In this document: piece after piece, positions 1-11,179 of the stretch
Position numbering within the stretch: the first letter of the stretch is position 1
Layout of the letters: each line of letters begins with the position of its first letter
NCBI GenBank assembly: GCA_965197745.1
Contig: CBDANS010000006.1
Coordinates: 288,001-352,000 of the forward strand
Direction of reading: 5' to 3'
Source: Opitutales bacterium
GTDB taxonomy: Bacteria; Verrucomicrobiota; Verrucomicrobiia; Opitutales; PNEW01
Length of the DNA stretch: 64,000 bases
Notes under the pieces: generated by a model
What the model saw: the letters and a program-made list of their open reading frames with translations, nothing else
Told to the model about the DNA's origin: nothing
Databases searched by the model: none
Program-made: the position numbers and the translations under genes

Positions 1-176
1 GCCTGGTAAATCTTTGCTAAATTCTCCATGGAGAGATTATCTGGATTTTCATTAGCATACCAATGGTGGTTCTTTTGAGCGATCTCCTCCATTTCAGAAT
101 AATGTTCTGCCAGGCATGCCTCTCTGAAACGAGTCAAGTCAGGCCATTTTTTCTCATCGAATTTCGTTACTGCCAT
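1..176 (-). CDS. Hypothetical protein, 5' part (runs off the window edge)
   Basis: ATG at 176 opens a frame MAVTKFDEKKWPDLTRFREACLAEHYSEMEEIAQKNHHWY... with no stop before position 1; below the ORF-track size cut-off. Confidence 0.4.
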   Translation of the reverse strand, partial: MAVTKFDEKKWPDLTRFREACLAEHYSEMEEIAQKNHHWYANENPDNLSMENLAKIYQ

Positions 177-258
177 TGTTTTAAATTTTCTGGATAACGT
201 ATTTTTAAGCAGCTTCTGCGTATCTGCCGATTGGGTTTCCTATTCTTTGATGTGCACC

Positions 259-771
259 TCATGATAGACGACCTGCATTCTTAAGCCGTTTTATAATGGC
301 TTGCTTGAGATTATCCAGATCGTCCAGACTGTGAGAGAACTTCGCTCGATTATGAATCGGGTAACCGACGTAAACATCCCCGGGAGTTCTTGGAAACAAG
401 TGCATGTGCAAGTGAGGCATTGTATTCCCGTGAATTTCGTAGTTCATCTTGATAGGCCTGATCACATCGGTCACGCCCTGAGCAACTAACATAGAATCAG
501 TCCAAAACTCTCTCTGTTCTTGGGCACTCAGATCAAAGGGATCAATAGCATGCTTCTTGTATGTCACGCAGACATATCCTGGAATTGTTACTTGTTCATC
601 GGAGACTGCCCACACCATAGAGGTTTCAGCGAGAATATGCATCCCCTTGGGCTTTGGTAATTCCGCGTATACAACGCACCCATCCTGAGAACACATGGAT
701 TTCCATTTCTCAATGTCATCTGACCAGAGATGTCCGCTCTGATTCGCTTGTATGGTTAGTTTATCGCTCAT
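259..771 (-). CDS. HIT family hydrolase
   Basis: Histidine triad PHLHMHLFPR; CxxC-like N-terminus; typical length. Confidence 0.85.
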   Translation of the reverse strand: MSDKLTIQANQSGHLWSDDIEKWKSMCSQDGCVVYAELPKPKGMHILAETSMVWAVSDEQVTIPGYVCVTYKKHAIDPFDLSAQEQREFWTDSMLVAQGVTDVIRPIKMNYEIHGNTMPHLHMHLFPRTPGDVYVGYPIHNRAKFSHSLDDLDNLKQAIIKRLKNAGRLS

Positions 772-1110
772 AGCCTTTTAGCGCGTCTACGCATCTTCAA
801 TTAGGTCACCCTATTCTTAGAATACGATTGGATCAAGAGGTTTTGTAAACGAGTAATATATTCAATAGTATTCTGAACCCTAATTAGGCCGAGGGGTATC
901 CAGGTAGACCCCATCTCCTAAGTACATTATTGAATTGAAGATTGAGAGGGATGTGTTTTTGTTAGAAACCTTCCCCTTTAAATTATACACAATAAGATTT
1001 CAGAAAAGTCAGCGTGCACCAGACTCGCACCAGACAAATAAATGCCTATTTTTTTGTTAAAAAATAAATTGTTAATACAGAATAGCTAAATAGGCATTAA
1101 AAAGATAACA

Positions 1111-2076
1111 ATGGCGAAGAAATATAAAAAATCTACGGATAAAGAAGCCGATCCTAAAAAGATTACTTTATACACTATTGATCTCAACGATGAACAAATG
1201 GAAAAACTTGAAGCTATTTGTGATCAACGGCTCTGGGCCTATTACGATGTAGATTATTCGCGATTCGCCTTCAAAGCGGTCCATGAAAAGGTAAACGTTG
1301 TCGCCTATGAGAGCGGTAAGCTGGTCATCCAGGGCAAGGGAACGGAGGATTTTGTGCGTGACACCCTGGAAGCGGAAATCACCGGAGAACCACGTCTCGG
1401 TTACGAAGAGTTTTACAACCCTAAATGGTTTGAGCCTCACGCCGGTTTAGATGAATCCGGTAAAGGTGACTTATTTGGACCCCTGATTACCTGCTGTGTT
1501 ATCGCCGATGGCGATATGGTGCGTGAATGGTTGAAAAATGACATTAAGGACAGCAAGAGAATGACAGACGCTTCCATCATCAACTTAGAAAAAATTATCC
1601 GCAAAACCCGCGGCGTGGTCATCCAGACTGCTTACTGTGGAATGGATAAATACAATCAATTGATGTCAAAACCTCACGCCAATTTAAACAGGCTCATGGC
1701 CTGGTTCCATGCACGCGCGCTCGAAGATGCTCTGAAAAAGAAGTCGGTTAAATGGGGCCTCCTTGATCAATTCAGTAAAGAACCATTGGTGCAGAAAATG
1801 ATCAAAGACGAAAGTTTTGATTTGCAAATGCAGACCAAAGCCGAGTCGGACCCGGTAGTGGCGGCTGCCTCGATTTGCGCGCGCGCAGAATTTATTCGAC
1901 AGATGAGCACCCTCTCCAAGAAGGCGGGAGAACCCTTGAAAAAGGGGGCATCCAAAGAAACCAAAAAACAGGCCGAACGCATTGTCGAAAAATCAGGACC
2001 TGATTCACTTAGGGAATTTGCCAAGCTTCATTTTAAAACCGCGCGTGAAGTGCTCGGCCTGCCCGTTACGAAATAA
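1111..2076 (+). CDS. rnhC: Ribonuclease HIII
   Basis: GLDESGKGDLFGP, KDSK, DQF and VAAASICAR motifs; N-terminal TBP-like domain (YESGKLVIQGK). Confidence 0.93.
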   Translation: MAKKYKKSTDKEADPKKITLYTIDLNDEQMEKLEAICDQRLWAYYDVDYSRFAFKAVHEKVNVVAYESGKLVIQGKGTEDFVRDTLEAEITGEPRLGYEEFYNPKWFEPHAGLDESGKGDLFGPLITCCVIADGDMVREWLKNDIKDSKRMTDASIINLEKIIRKTRGVVIQTAYCGMDKYNQLMSKPHANLNRLMAWFHARALEDALKKKSVKWGLLDQFSKEPLVQKMIKDESFDLQMQTKAESDPVVAAASICARAEFIRQMSTLSKKAGEPLKKGASKETKKQAERIVEKSGPDSLREFAKLHFKTAREVLGLPVTK

Positions 2077-2086
2077 CCGCCGAACA

Positions 2087-2114
2087 ATTGTTGATTTACG
2101 ATTGCCGATTGTCG
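2087..2114 (+). repeat. Degenerate heptamer tract (ATTGTCG-like x4)
   Basis: attgttg atttacg attgccg attgtcg. Confidence 0.75.
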
Positions 2115-2265
2115 AACGAAGAGATAGCCACTACCGGGCATGCAACTGCCGGACAATATCTTCCAGAGGCACAAGAATTTTTTTGTATCGAGAAACACAA
2201 GATGTAGAATAGATAATCCTTTAGTTCAATCGACAATCGGGTATTGTCAGTTCACCCATTACATT

Positions 2266-3081
2266 ATGAAAACAATAGCCCAACTTATAGAAGAACGTTT
2301 TGGCCTTGAAACAGGTATAGGAAAAGATATGCCGGCCGAGGGGACCGTCGCGGAAATCCTCTCGCGACGCACGCAGCGTAAATATAGAGATGAGCCGGTA
2401 TCCGATGAACTTCTGGAAGTGTTGCTGGCCTGCGCGCAGTCCGCACCGTCAAAATCGGACCTGCAGCAGTATTCGATCATCGTCGTTGACGATCCGTCTT
2501 CCCGTGAGGTTATCGGTGGATGGGAAGGTGAAGCACCAGTCTTCCTTGTCTTCTGCGCGGACATGAGACGCAATCAACAAATTGCCGCATGGCGCGGTCA
2601 TGGATACGATAACAATAACATAGATAGTTTTTTAAATGCTTCGGTTGACGCCGCCCTCGCCATGCAGAGTCTGATTCACGCGGCCGAATCTCTGGGTCTC
2701 GGGTGCTGTCCCATAAGCGCAATTAGAAACAGGATAGAGACAATATGTGAACTCGTGGGATTACCTGACGGTGTCTACCCAATTTGCGGCCTTTGTATCG
2801 GCTGGCCCGTCAACGAGCATTTTGTATCCATGCGGTTACCACCCTCTGTCGTCGTTCACCGCAATTGTTACAGTGACTCAAATTTGGAAAAAGCAGTAGA
2901 TGACTATGATCAGAGAAGGCATGAAAAATACGCGATCCCCCCGGAAAAGCAGCGTCACACAGAGAAATATGGTGTTCTTGAGCGCTGTGTCTGGTCCGAA
3001 AATGTGGCGCGTCAATTGTCGTTGCCAGAACGTCCAGAATTTAAAGACTTCCTGAATAAGCATGGCTTTGATCTCGCCTGA
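2266..3081 (+). CDS. Nitroreductase, NfsA/Frp-like NADPH-dependent flavin oxidoreductase
   Basis: RRTQRKY, AQSAPSKSDLQQYS, AAESLGLGCC and RLP motifs. Start placed at ATG 2266 because the ORF-track extension crosses repeat DNA. Confidence 0.88.
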   Translation: MKTIAQLIEERFGLETGIGKDMPAEGTVAEILSRRTQRKYRDEPVSDELLEVLLACAQSAPSKSDLQQYSIIVVDDPSSREVIGGWEGEAPVFLVFCADMRRNQQIAAWRGHGYDNNNIDSFLNASVDAALAMQSLIHAAESLGLGCCPISAIRNRIETICELVGLPDGVYPICGLCIGWPVNEHFVSMRLPPSVVVHRNCYSDSNLEKAVDDYDQRRHEKYAIPPEKQRHTEKYGVLERCVWSENVARQLSLPERPEFKDFLNKHGFDLA

Positions 3082-3107
3082 ATTAATGAGAGGTCTCATT
3101 AAAAAAG

Positions 3108-4364
3108 TCAGCTTTTGCCATAATCTCTCACAAATTGTTCCAGAAGGCCCACAGCTGTTTTTCCGCCATCTTCCAGGGTAAGTTCACTTGCCAAATTTTC
3201 AGCATTTTTCCGAAGTCGTTGATCATTTTCAATCTCCGGGACAATTTTTGGGAGCAATTCCGGCCAGCGTCGCTTACTGATGCTGTGCCCCACTTCCAGA
3301 TGTCTGGTTTCCCTGGCCCAAAAAAATTGATCGGCAATATGGGGGATAACAATACCGGGCTTTCCGGAATGCCAAACGGAAGCCGTAGTTCCTGCGCCAC
3401 CATGATGAATGACACAAGATGCATGACGGAAAAGTTGGTCGTGCGATACCTGGTCAATAACCTTAATGTTAGAGTGCTCTTTCTCGGGTGAGAGATCTAC
3501 CCAGCCTCGCTGGATGATAATTTTTCTGTTATTCGGCCAATGGCGTAAAAATCGACGCATCTTATGCTCTCGACGATCGAAGGTAACACTTCCAAAAGTA
3601 AGGACGGGCACTTCGCGGCCTGCGCAAAATGCTTCGAGATCCTCATCTAATTGGGGGTTTTCACGCGACTGCCAACGCAGGTGACCGACATATTGAAATC
3701 GTGAATCAATTTCCGCATGCGCGGGAATCAGCTTTTTGCTCACTGCCACCAGAGCAAGGTCAGCCGGAGCAAAAATAAATTGTTTAACGGGTGTCGTTAT
3801 ACCTTTTTTAATACTGGCAGCGAGGGTTTTATTTACGGTTCTGTGTATCATCATATCTGTTATTTTCCACCAGGCATAATTCCATTTACGCTGCAGCCCC
3901 TTTGGCAGGGTTCTCATTGTGGGGACACCATTGGGCGGATAGTCCGGCGATGGCACTGTCATATGACCGAAACAGACTACGGCAAAGGGAATACCGTGAC
4001 GGTCCGCTCTCACCTTAAAATGGGGGAAGAGGTAAGAACAAACATAGAGGTCGGTATCCTCTAAAGCTTTTTCCAATCTGTCTAAAGTATCTTCGATATA
4101 AGGTATTCCACTGCGGTATATAATCTCTAATTGTTTCAACGAGTGTGGAGCACGTACCAGTTTTAGCATGCACGCGGCAAAGACTTCCTTCGTCCAGTCG
4201 GGAGGTATATAGATATAGTCCAGTCCCGCGCGTTTAACTTCATCTTTAAAAAGCGGGGCCGTCGCCAGTCGGACCGAATGCCCTGATTCAAGCAGGGCTT
4301 TGCCTAAGGCGATAACCGGATATATATCACCTGTCGAACCCTGTGAGTTGAGCAATACACGCAT
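3108..4364 (-). CDS. Glycosyltransferase family 1 (sterol glucosyltransferase/rhamnosyltransferase-like)
   Basis: GSTGDIYP N-terminal motif; HHGGAGTT and PHIADQFFW motifs. Confidence 0.88.
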   Translation of the reverse strand: MRVLLNSQGSTGDIYPVIALGKALLESGHSVRLATAPLFKDEVKRAGLDYIYIPPDWTKEVFAACMLKLVRAPHSLKQLEIIYRSGIPYIEDTLDRLEKALEDTDLYVCSYLFPHFKVRADRHGIPFAVVCFGHMTVPSPDYPPNGVPTMRTLPKGLQRKWNYAWWKITDMMIHRTVNKTLAASIKKGITTPVKQFIFAPADLALVAVSKKLIPAHAEIDSRFQYVGHLRWQSRENPQLDEDLEAFCAGREVPVLTFGSVTFDRREHKMRRFLRHWPNNRKIIIQRGWVDLSPEKEHSNIKVIDQVSHDQLFRHASCVIHHGGAGTTASVWHSGKPGIVIPHIADQFFWARETRHLEVGHSISKRRWPELLPKIVPEIENDQRLRKNAENLASELTLEDGGKTAVGLLEQFVRDYGKS

Positions 4365-4370
4365 CTTTCA

Positions 4371-4405
4371 ATTCTCGAATGTCGAATGTCGATTGTCGAT
4401 TGTGG
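4371..4405 (+). repeat. Heptamer tract (A[AT]TGTCG-like x5)
   Basis: attctcg aatgtcg aatgtcg attgtcg attgtgg. Confidence 0.8.
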
Positions 4406-4479
4406 AATGAGCAGAAATAGACAGAAGATTTACACATTGATAGAAAACGGTGTAATGAAAAAGTTTACAGGCATCACGC

Positions 4480-4542
4480 GGCCACGATCAGCCGTCGCCC
4501 CGCAGTGGCGGGGCTATGGCCGACAGGCTAGCGCGTGGCCCT
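4480..4542 (-). repeat. REP type B with a 42-nt hairpin inserted in its loop
   Basis: ggccacg-a-[tcagccgtcgccccgcagtggcggggctatggccgacaggct]-agcg-cgtggcc-ct; foot degenerate. Confidence 0.85.
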
Positions 4543-4558
4543 GTTCAATTTGAAGGAT

Positions 4559-4580
4559 GTCAGGCTTCGCCCTCGGTACC
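4559..4580 (+). repeat. 22-nt dispersed element GTCGGGCTTCGCCCTCGGTACC, copy 1
   Basis: One mismatch to the copy at 8306; five copies in the window. Confidence 0.8.
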
Positions 4581-4688
4581 GATTACCGATTGGCATTTTA
4601 ATCCGTCTTATCAGAGTAATCCGCGGTATTTTTTAAAAAATGATTTTTCAACTTGAAATTGCTGAGGACAGGGGTGAACTTTAGGAAC

Positions 4689-7600
4689 ATGCCCCACGCT
4701 GATAAGGAATTCGTCCATCTCCATCTTCACACTGATTACAGTCTTCTCGATGGCGCGTGCCGTATCGACCGGCTGATGGAACAAGCGACCAATCTGGGCA
4801 TGAAATCGCTCGCTATTACGGATCACGGAAATCTTTTCGGGCTTATCGACTTTTACCAGTCAGCGAACAAATTCGGGATAAAACCGCTCCTTGGTTGCGA
4901 AGTGTATCTGGTTACGGGCAGCCGACTTGAGCATCCGGAAAGGAACCTCCACCAATACTACCACATGGGTTTATTGGCTCGCAACTATACTGGTTACCAG
5001 AATCTTACAAAATTGGTCAGCGATGCTCATATCAATGGTTTCTACTACAAACCGAGGACCGACATGGAGCAACTGGCAGCGCACGCCGAAGGTCTTATAG
5101 GGTTTACCGGTTGTTTAAGGGGGGTTGTCCCCCAAGCCCTTCTCGCCGATCGCTATGAAGAAGCACGGGAGTGGGTTGGAAGGTTCATCGATATTTTTGG
5201 CAGAGAAAACTATATCGTTGAAATACAGGATCATCAAATCCCCGAGCAGAAGAAAATTATCCCTTCACTTCTAAAACTTGCTGAGGAATTTTCGCTGACT
5301 GTGGTCTGCACCAATGATGTCCATTATGTCAAACAGAGCGATTCCACCCCGCATGATGTACTGCTCTGCATCCAGACGGGGTCGAAAGTGGAAGATGAAA
5401 AGCGCATGCGTTTTTCCAATGAATTTTTTTACCTCAAGTCGGGTGAAGAAATGGCTCAGTTATTCAATGAACGTCCCGATTCACTCAAAAGCACACTGGC
5501 GGTTGCCGAAATGTGTGATGTTAAACTGCCCTTCGGTGAAAATCACTATCCGGTATTTAATATGCCCCCGGAAATCAAGACTCGATGCGATGACAACGCA
5601 ACTTACTTAAAAGAGCTTTGCATTAAAGGATTACAAAAACGATACGGTGTTGATTACCACCATCCGCAAAATTACAAACCCCATGCGAATGAAGATCCGC
5701 AACTGGCAATAACACTTGTTGAGCGTATCAACTATGAACTGGAGGTCATCAATAAAACGGGCTACATCGATTATTATCTGATTGTTCAGGACTTCATTAA
5801 TTGGGCCTTAAGCCAGGGTATCCCCGTGGGGCCGGGGCGCGGTTCTGGAGCGGGCAGCCTGGTTGCTTATCTCACGCATATAACCGATGTAGATCCTATT
5901 CGATTCAAGCTTCTTTTCGAACGCTTCCTTAATGAAGAGCGAATTTCGCCGCCTGACTTCGATATCGACTTTTGTATGCGAAGGCGCGGTGAAGTTATTG
6001 ACTATGTACGCGGTAAGTATGGCGAAGACAGCGTAGCGAATATTATCACTTTCGGCACTTTCGGAGCTAAGATGGTGGTGCGTGACGTTGCCCGTGTGCT
6101 TAGTATTCCTTACGGCGAAGCTGATCGAATCGCCAAGATGGTGCCGGATGATCTTAAAATTACCCTCGACGAGTCGCTAATGAAAAGCACGGAGCTCCGA
6201 GAGGAGGTAGAGAATAATGAACTGGCTGCGAAAATCATCGACCACGGCAAGATTATTGAAGGCATGGTTCGTAATACAGGCACCCACGCTGCCGGCGTAA
6301 TTATCGGAGACCGCCCTCTTACGGAATACATTCCCCTTACTATGCAGGAAGGAGCCCTCACAACCCAATACCCCCAGCTTCCCGTGGAAAATCTCGGATT
6401 GCTGAAAATGGACTTCCTCGGTCTTAAAACTTTAACCGTGATTGCCGACGCCGAGGACAACGTACGTCTCACCGCGGACAAGAACTTTGATATAAACACA
6501 ATCTCGTTTGATAATAAAAAAACATTTCAATTGATAGACGATGGGAAGACAACAGGCGTATTTCAGCTGGAATCCGGTGGAATGCGTAACCTTTGCCGCC
6601 AGTTTAAAATTGCCAGTATTGATGAGATCGTCGCGCTCATCTCACTTTATCGGCCGGGACCGATGGAGTGGATTCCCGATTACATCCGAGGCAAGCATGA
6701 CCCTTCGACGATAAAGTTTCCCCACCCTCTTTTGGAGGAAATATGTCATGAAACCTATGGCGTCATGGTTTATCAGGAACAGGTTATAGAGGCGGCTAAA
6801 GTCATTGCCGGTTTTACACCGGGAAGTGCTGATATTCTGCGCCATGCTATGGGCAAAAAAAATGTTAAAGAGATGAAAAAGCAACGGGAGGTTTTTATCG
6901 AAGGCGCTTTTAAAACCCATGGCATTGAAAGAAATGAAGCCATGGAAATATTTTCTATACTCGAAAAATTTGCCGGCTACGGGTTCAATAAATCACATTC
7001 ATCTGGTTACGCTGTCCTCAGTTATCGAACTGCTTACCTTAAGGCCAATTACCCCGTGCAGTTTATGGCCGCGGCACTTTCCAGTGAACTCGGCAACTCT
7101 GACAAAGTAGCCTACTTTATCGACGAATGCTCTTCCCTCAATATACCCGTGCTTGGACCGGACATAAACTTCTCACGCGAAAACTTTACCCCCGTATTCG
7201 ATGAAGAGACTGGTAAGAGCAGCATCCGTTTCGGGCTAGCCGCGATGAAAGGGGTGGGCGACGCCGCAGCCGCTACAATTATCGAGGAGAGAACAGCCCA
7301 TGGAGACTTTTCTGATTTTTATGAATTTGTTTCACGTTTTGATTCGCGTTCTGTCAACCGTCGCGTTCTGGAGTGCCTGATAAAGTCGGGCGCTTTTGAT
7401 TACTCGGGAGATGACCGTGGTCTCCTCTTTGCCAATATCGATAGTATTATGAACGAAATGGCTGCGCTTCAACGCGACCGCGAGCGTGGACAAGAGTCAT
7501 TTTTCGAATTGCTGGACGCGGATAACGAATCTCCGGGTCTCGGATCCAACGGACACCCTCGGCACAACGGCAATGGCCGGAATGGAAAAGAAAACATAAT

Positions 7601-8276
7601 GGCGCAAAACGATAAACTAAAATATGAAAAAGAATTGCTCGGTTTTTATGTTTCAGGCCACCCTATGAGTGACTATCAGGATCTCGATTTCGCCATCGAT
7701 ACAATCAAGGATGATAATCTTATCGATCTCGAAGACCGTTCCCTTTTTCGTCTCTGTGGCGTCGTCTCAAATGTGGCGAAGAAGATTTCCCGTAGAGACA
7801 ATCGTCCCTGGGCAATCTTAACCCTGGGGACAAGACATAGCACTTATACTATCAATGTATATGCTGAATCTTATGCCCAATACAGTGATTACCTTGAAGA
7901 TGGAAACCTTATCCTTATCACCGGAATCGTATTGAAGAGAGTTGACGACGTTCGCTTGAGTGCAGATGTCATTCATCCCCTCGATACCAGCATCCCCGAT
8001 ATCATAAAAAAAATCTGCTGGGTAATAAAACCCGAATCGGATGCGGATGACTTTCTCGATAAACTCCGAAAATTTATCGACGGCAATTATGGTGAAACAC
8101 AGACACAGATCGGTATCCTCGTAAGTGATAATAAAATTATCATCGCCGACACGGCTCCTTCATTAACCTGGAAAGTTCAACCCGATATTTTTAAAGCCCT
8201 TCGTCAACATCCCGCGATTGTCCGCGTCGACATTGAAGCGCTCCCCCCCTATTCAAATATCAATCATCCGTGGTGA
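4689..8276 (+). CDS. dnaE: DNA polymerase III alpha subunit
   Basis: PHP domain ([13 protein letters not shown]), [27 protein letters not shown] and an OB fold; start at ATG 4689. Confidence 0.97.
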   Translation: MPHADKEFVHLHLHTDYSLLDGACRIDRLMEQATNLGMKSLAITDHGNLFGLIDFYQSANKFGIKPLLGCEVYLVTGSRLEHPERNLHQYYHMGLLARNYTGYQNLTKLVSDAHINGFYYKPRTDMEQLAAHAEGLIGFTGCLRGVVPQALLADRYEEAREWVGRFIDIFGRENYIVEIQDHQIPEQKKIIPSLLKLAEEFSLTVVCTNDVHYVKQSDSTPHDVLLCIQTGSKVEDEKRMRFSNEFFYLKSGEEMAQLFNERPDSLKSTLAVAEMCDVKLPFGENHYPVFNMPPEIKTRCDDNATYLKELCIKGLQKRYGVDYHHPQNYKPHANEDPQLAITLVERINYELEVINKTGYIDYYLIVQDFINWALSQGIPVGPGRGSGAGSLVAYLTHITDVDPIRFKLLFERFLNEERISPPDFDIDFCMRRRGEVIDYVRGKYGEDSVANIITFGTFGAKMVVRDVARVLSIPYGEADRIAKMVPDDLKITLDESLMKSTELREEVENNELAAKIIDHGKIIEGMVRNTGTHAAGVIIGDRPLTEYIPLTMQEGALTTQYPQLPVENLGLLKMDFLGLKTLTVIADAEDNVRLTADKNFDINTISFDNKKTFQLIDDGKTTGVFQLESGGMRNLCRQFKIASIDEIVALISLYRPGPMEWIPDYIRGKHDPSTIKFPHPLLEEICHETYGVMVYQEQVIEAAKVIAGFTPGSADILRHAMGKKNVKEMKKQREVFIEGAFKTHGIERNEAMEIFSILEKFAGYGFNKSHSSGYAVLSYRTAYLKANYPVQFMAAALSSELGNSDKVAYFIDECSSLNIPVLGPDINFSRENFTPVFDEETGKSSIRFGLAAMKGVGDAAAATIIEERTAHGDFSDFYEFVSRFDSRSVNRRVLECLIKSGAFDYSGDDRGLLFANIDSIMNEMAALQRDRERGQESFFELLDADNESPGLGSNGHPRHNGNGRNGKENIMAQNDKLKYEKELLGFYVSGHPMSDYQDLDFAIDTIKDDNLIDLEDRSLFRLCGVVSNVAKKISRRDNRPWAILTLGTRHSTYTINVYAESYAQYSDYLEDGNLILITGIVLKRVDDVRLSADVIHPLDTSIPDIIKKICWVIKPESDADDFLDKLRKFIDGNYGETQTQIGILVSDNKIIIADTAPSLTWKVQPDIFKALRQHPAIVRVDIEALPPYSNINHPW

Positions 8277-8305
8277 TGCCATTGTCGATTGTCGATTGGG
8301 AGTGT

Positions 8306-8327
8306 GTCGGGCTTCGCCCTCGGTACC
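8306..8327 (+). repeat. 22-nt dispersed element, copy 2, following heptamers at 8281-8298
   Basis: gtcgggcttcgccctcggtacc. Confidence 0.8.
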
Positions 8328-8374
8328 GATTGGGGGAATAGGTACAAAATAAGCAAAATACGTAAACAATACGC

Positions 8375-8449
8375 GGACGCGACAACGCGCGTCCCTCCAA
8401 CATGGATCCTGAATCATTCCTGACCGGAGAGCCACGCGTCGTCGTGGCC
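8375..8449. repeat. REP doublet (type A reverse 8375-8398, type B forward 8426-8449) upstream of RAYT
   Basis: A = GGAG-GGACGCG-cgttgt-CGCGTCC; B consensus = GGAG-GGCCACG-cgtcgt-CGTGGCC. Both are 7-bp palindromes with a GGAG foot, separated by a 27-nt spacer. Confidence 0.92.
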
Positions 8450-8501
8450 GCGATGAATTAAAGATTTAATTCATGTAATAAATAAACCGTAAATTATATT
8501 T

Positions 8502-8987
8502 ATGGTTAATAAGGAATTCCCAACACGCAAGTCTCCTGCCCATTTATCGGTCATAGAATTTACTAATCGTTCCAATATTGTATTTGTTACTGTTTGCTCA
8601 CAGGACAGAAAGAATATCTTTGCTAACAAAGAGTCTTTTTTTCTTATGCAACAAGCTTGGGATGCAGCTAATTCCTGGAAAGTGGGTCGTTATATTATCT
8701 TACCAGACCATATTCACCTATTCTGTGCACCTTCCTCAGCTATCGTAGAACCATTGACTCAATGGATCAAATATTGGAAATCTTATGTTTCCTTTAGGTG
8801 GCCAAAGCCCGAAGACCAACCGATCTGGCAAAAAGGTTACTGGGATCGACAACTCCGGAATGCCGCGAGCTATGCAGCAAAGTGGTTGTATGTGCAGAAT
8901 AATCCAATGCGTCATGGGTTAGTTGGAAATTCCAAAAATTGGCAATATAAAGGAGAAATGAATATTTTTCGCTGGCATAATGCGTAA
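8502..8987 (+). mobile_element. REP-associated tyrosine transposase (RAYT/TnpA-REP, Y1 HUH family)
   Basis: FVTVC, PDHIHL (HUH), IWQKGYWDRQLR and YVQNNPMRHGLV...WQY motifs; flanked by REPs on both sides. Confidence 0.93.
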
Positions 8988-8994
8988 ACAATAC

Positions 8995-9260
8995 GGACGC
9001 GACAACGCGCGTCCCTCCGGGAAATGCAATGTAGTATAATCGTTAATACTGGTGAGGTATTTTCCGAAAGGAACCTTTTTGGTACGTAAACACAGACTTC
9101 AATCTTAAATCATTCTTGACCGGAGGGTCACGCGTCGTCGTGGCCGCTGCCGTTATAACCTATGAATATTTTCCGAAGGCGTGATGCGTGAACAATATGG
9201 ACGCGACAACGCGCGTCCCTCCAAGAATGATACAGGCAGGAGTGGCCGCGATGAATTAAA
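8995..9260. repeat. BIME-like REP array downstream of RAYT: A 8995-9018, B 9122-9145, A 9199-9222, partial B plus flank 9242-9260
   Basis: Direct reading of the palindromes; 9242-9260 (gtggccgcgatgaattaaa) is identical to 8444-8462. Confidence 0.9.
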
Positions 9261-9304
9261 ATTATTATGTGTCTCTTGTGCTTTTTGTTGCTATCTGAAA
9301 ATGG

Positions 9305-10840
9305 TTAAAGATTTTTCTCCACGACTTTGGTCAGCGACTTGAATTCATTTTTCAAGGCTGGGTATAAGGCGCGATAGCGGGGATAAAAATCGGAATATAT
9401 TGATTGATTGGAACCAGGTTGAAATTCACCCGTTACTTTTATTGTTTTTTCACAGGCTTCCTCTACTGAATTATAAACACCCGCACCCGCACCTGCTAAC
9501 AACGCCGCCCCGAAAGCCGCACCTTCAGTAGTGTTTACGGTTACCATCGGTGAACTGAAATTATCCGCTAACATCTGCAGCCACAGTCGACTTCTCGCTC
9601 CCCCCCCGGAGGCAACAACCTGGCTCGGACTTATCCCGAGCGCGCGCATCAGTTCCAGTCCGTCGCGGAGACCATAGGTCACCCCTTCGAGTACCGCGCG
9701 CGTCATATGATCTTTTGTGTGACGCAATGTGAGACCGATAAATGCACCCTTGGCATCGGGGTCGGGGTAAGGCATACGCTCGCCTGAAAGATAGGGTAAA
9801 AAAAACAATCCCTCGGAACCCGCCGGTATTTCAGATGCTTTTTCCGTTAAGGTGTCATAGGCATCGACCCCGGTCTCTTCTTCAAGCGTTCTCTCTTCAT
9901 TACCAAGTGTGTTGCGGTACCACTGAAAACTTCCCGCCGCGGAAAGCATCACCCCCATAAGATGCCACTTCCCAGGTACTGCATGGCAAAATGCATGCAA
10001 CCTACCATTGGGTTCTACAAGGTATTGATCGGAATGCGCAAAGATTACTCCAGATGTACCCAAGGTCGCCGAAACTACTCCTTCTTTTACAATACCACAC
10101 CCTATGGCTCCCGCTGCCTGGTCGCCACCACCGGCAATAATCGGTGTGCCCTCCATTAACCCGGTCAACTTTGCGGCCTCAGCACAGACCTTTGTCGAAG
10201 CAACGGGTGATTCCGTAACTTCAGGTACCCATTCCCGCGGCACTTCGCAACCGTCGAGCATCTCATCCGACCACTGACGCTTGGATACATCGAGCAGCGA
10301 CATGCCGGATGCATCGGATACATCGGTAAAAAAATCCCCGGACAGGCGGTAGCGTATATAATCCTTGGGTAAAAGCACCTTGGCTACACGGGAATAGACT
10401 TCGGGTTCATTTTCTTTAACCCATACAATTTTTGGCGCTGTAAAACCGGCGAGGACAGGATTACCGGTTAACTCCAGCACTTTTTCTGCACCGATTTTAT
10501 TGGTAATGGATTCACACTGCGACCCCGAGCGTTGATCATTCCACATGATGCAGGGACGAAGCACCTTTCCCTCTTTATCGAGAAGGACCAATCCATGCAT
10601 CTGGCCGGTAAGACCGAGGCCGGCAATGTTGGAGGCGCCTATATTTTGCCCTTCGATTAAACGCTTGATTGACTGAATTGTCGCCTGCCACCAGTCTTCG
10701 GGATCTGATTCCGCCCATAACGGTTTAGGGGTCTGAAAATCATACTCGGGGGCTACGGTGTTCACCACCTCCCCCGACTCATCAATAAGTACCGCTTTGG
10801 CACTCGATGTGCCCACGTCAATGCCGATTAAAAAAGCCAT
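9305..10840 (-). CDS. xylB: Xylulokinase
   Basis: FGGY kinase motifs GIDVGTSS, TGQMHG, WNDQR, GGGDQAAG, LPYLSGER and GGGARS. Confidence 0.93.
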   Translation of the reverse strand: MAFLIGIDVGTSSAKAVLIDESGEVVNTVAPEYDFQTPKPLWAESDPEDWWQATIQSIKRLIEGQNIGASNIAGLGLTGQMHGLVLLDKEGKVLRPCIMWNDQRSGSQCESITNKIGAEKVLELTGNPVLAGFTAPKIVWVKENEPEVYSRVAKVLLPKDYIRYRLSGDFFTDVSDASGMSLLDVSKRQWSDEMLDGCEVPREWVPEVTESPVASTKVCAEAAKLTGLMEGTPIIAGGGDQAAGAIGCGIVKEGVVSATLGTSGVIFAHSDQYLVEPNGRLHAFCHAVPGKWHLMGVMLSAAGSFQWYRNTLGNEERTLEEETGVDAYDTLTEKASEIPAGSEGLFFLPYLSGERMPYPDPDAKGAFIGLTLRHTKDHMTRAVLEGVTYGLRDGLELMRALGISPSQVVASGGGARSRLWLQMLADNFSSPMVTVNTTEGAAFGAALLAGAGAGVYNSVEEACEKTIKVTGEFQPGSNQSIYSDFYPRYRALYPALKNEFKSLTKVVEKNL

Positions 10841-10846
10841 ACTTCA

Positions 10847-10897
10847 ATTGTCGATTGGGATATAGGATAGCCACAAGAAGCACAAAAAACACAAGAG
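10847..10897 (+). repeat. Heptamer plus GATAG plus nonamer (CACAARARR-like x3) composite repeat
   Basis: attgtcgattgg...gatag ccacaagaa gcacaaaaa acacaagag; related copies at 9271-9295, 11109-11143, 2108-2132 and 17458-17501. Confidence 0.6.
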
Positions 10898-10991
10898 AAA
10901 TCGTTATAAAGTGATTAAGATAGGGGGTGCGGATTGATTATCAGTACGCTTCTTAACCCCTGTGATTTTGAAAATATTAATGCTTTATAGC

Positions 10992-11056
10992 GGCCACGAT
11001 CAGCCGTCGCCCCGCAGTGGCGGGGCTATGGCCGACAGGCTAACGCACATCCCTCC
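10992..11056 (-). repeat. Chimeric REP (B arm, 42-nt hairpin insert, degenerate A arm and foot)
   Basis: ggccacga-[same insert as 4488-4529]-aacgcacatccctcc. Confidence 0.82.
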
Positions 11057-11179
11057 AGACATAGATTCACACTCACGCCAACTTTCCTCATAAAATCTCT
11101 TTTCTTTATCTTGTGCTTTTAATTGCTATCTCTTCAATCGACAAATCATCACTTATGCTCTAAAAAGATATGTATTAAT

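Noticed and set aside
4689..8276. Intein in DnaE
   Set aside because: Length is normal; only short low-complexity insertions and no splice motifs
8253..8435. Similar small ORFs 8253-8435 (-) and 12702-12995 (+) (MAL..GMI.DPCWRDARCRVR)
   Set aside because: The similarity is only the translation of shared REP DNA
8502..8987. IS200/IS605 element with TnpB
   Set aside because: No tnpB is present; the motifs and REP flanks fit a RAYT
8375..9260. REP array as a CRISPR array
   Set aside because: Two alternating inverted palindrome types, recurring spacers of unequal length, no cas genes, and an adjacent RAYT explains it
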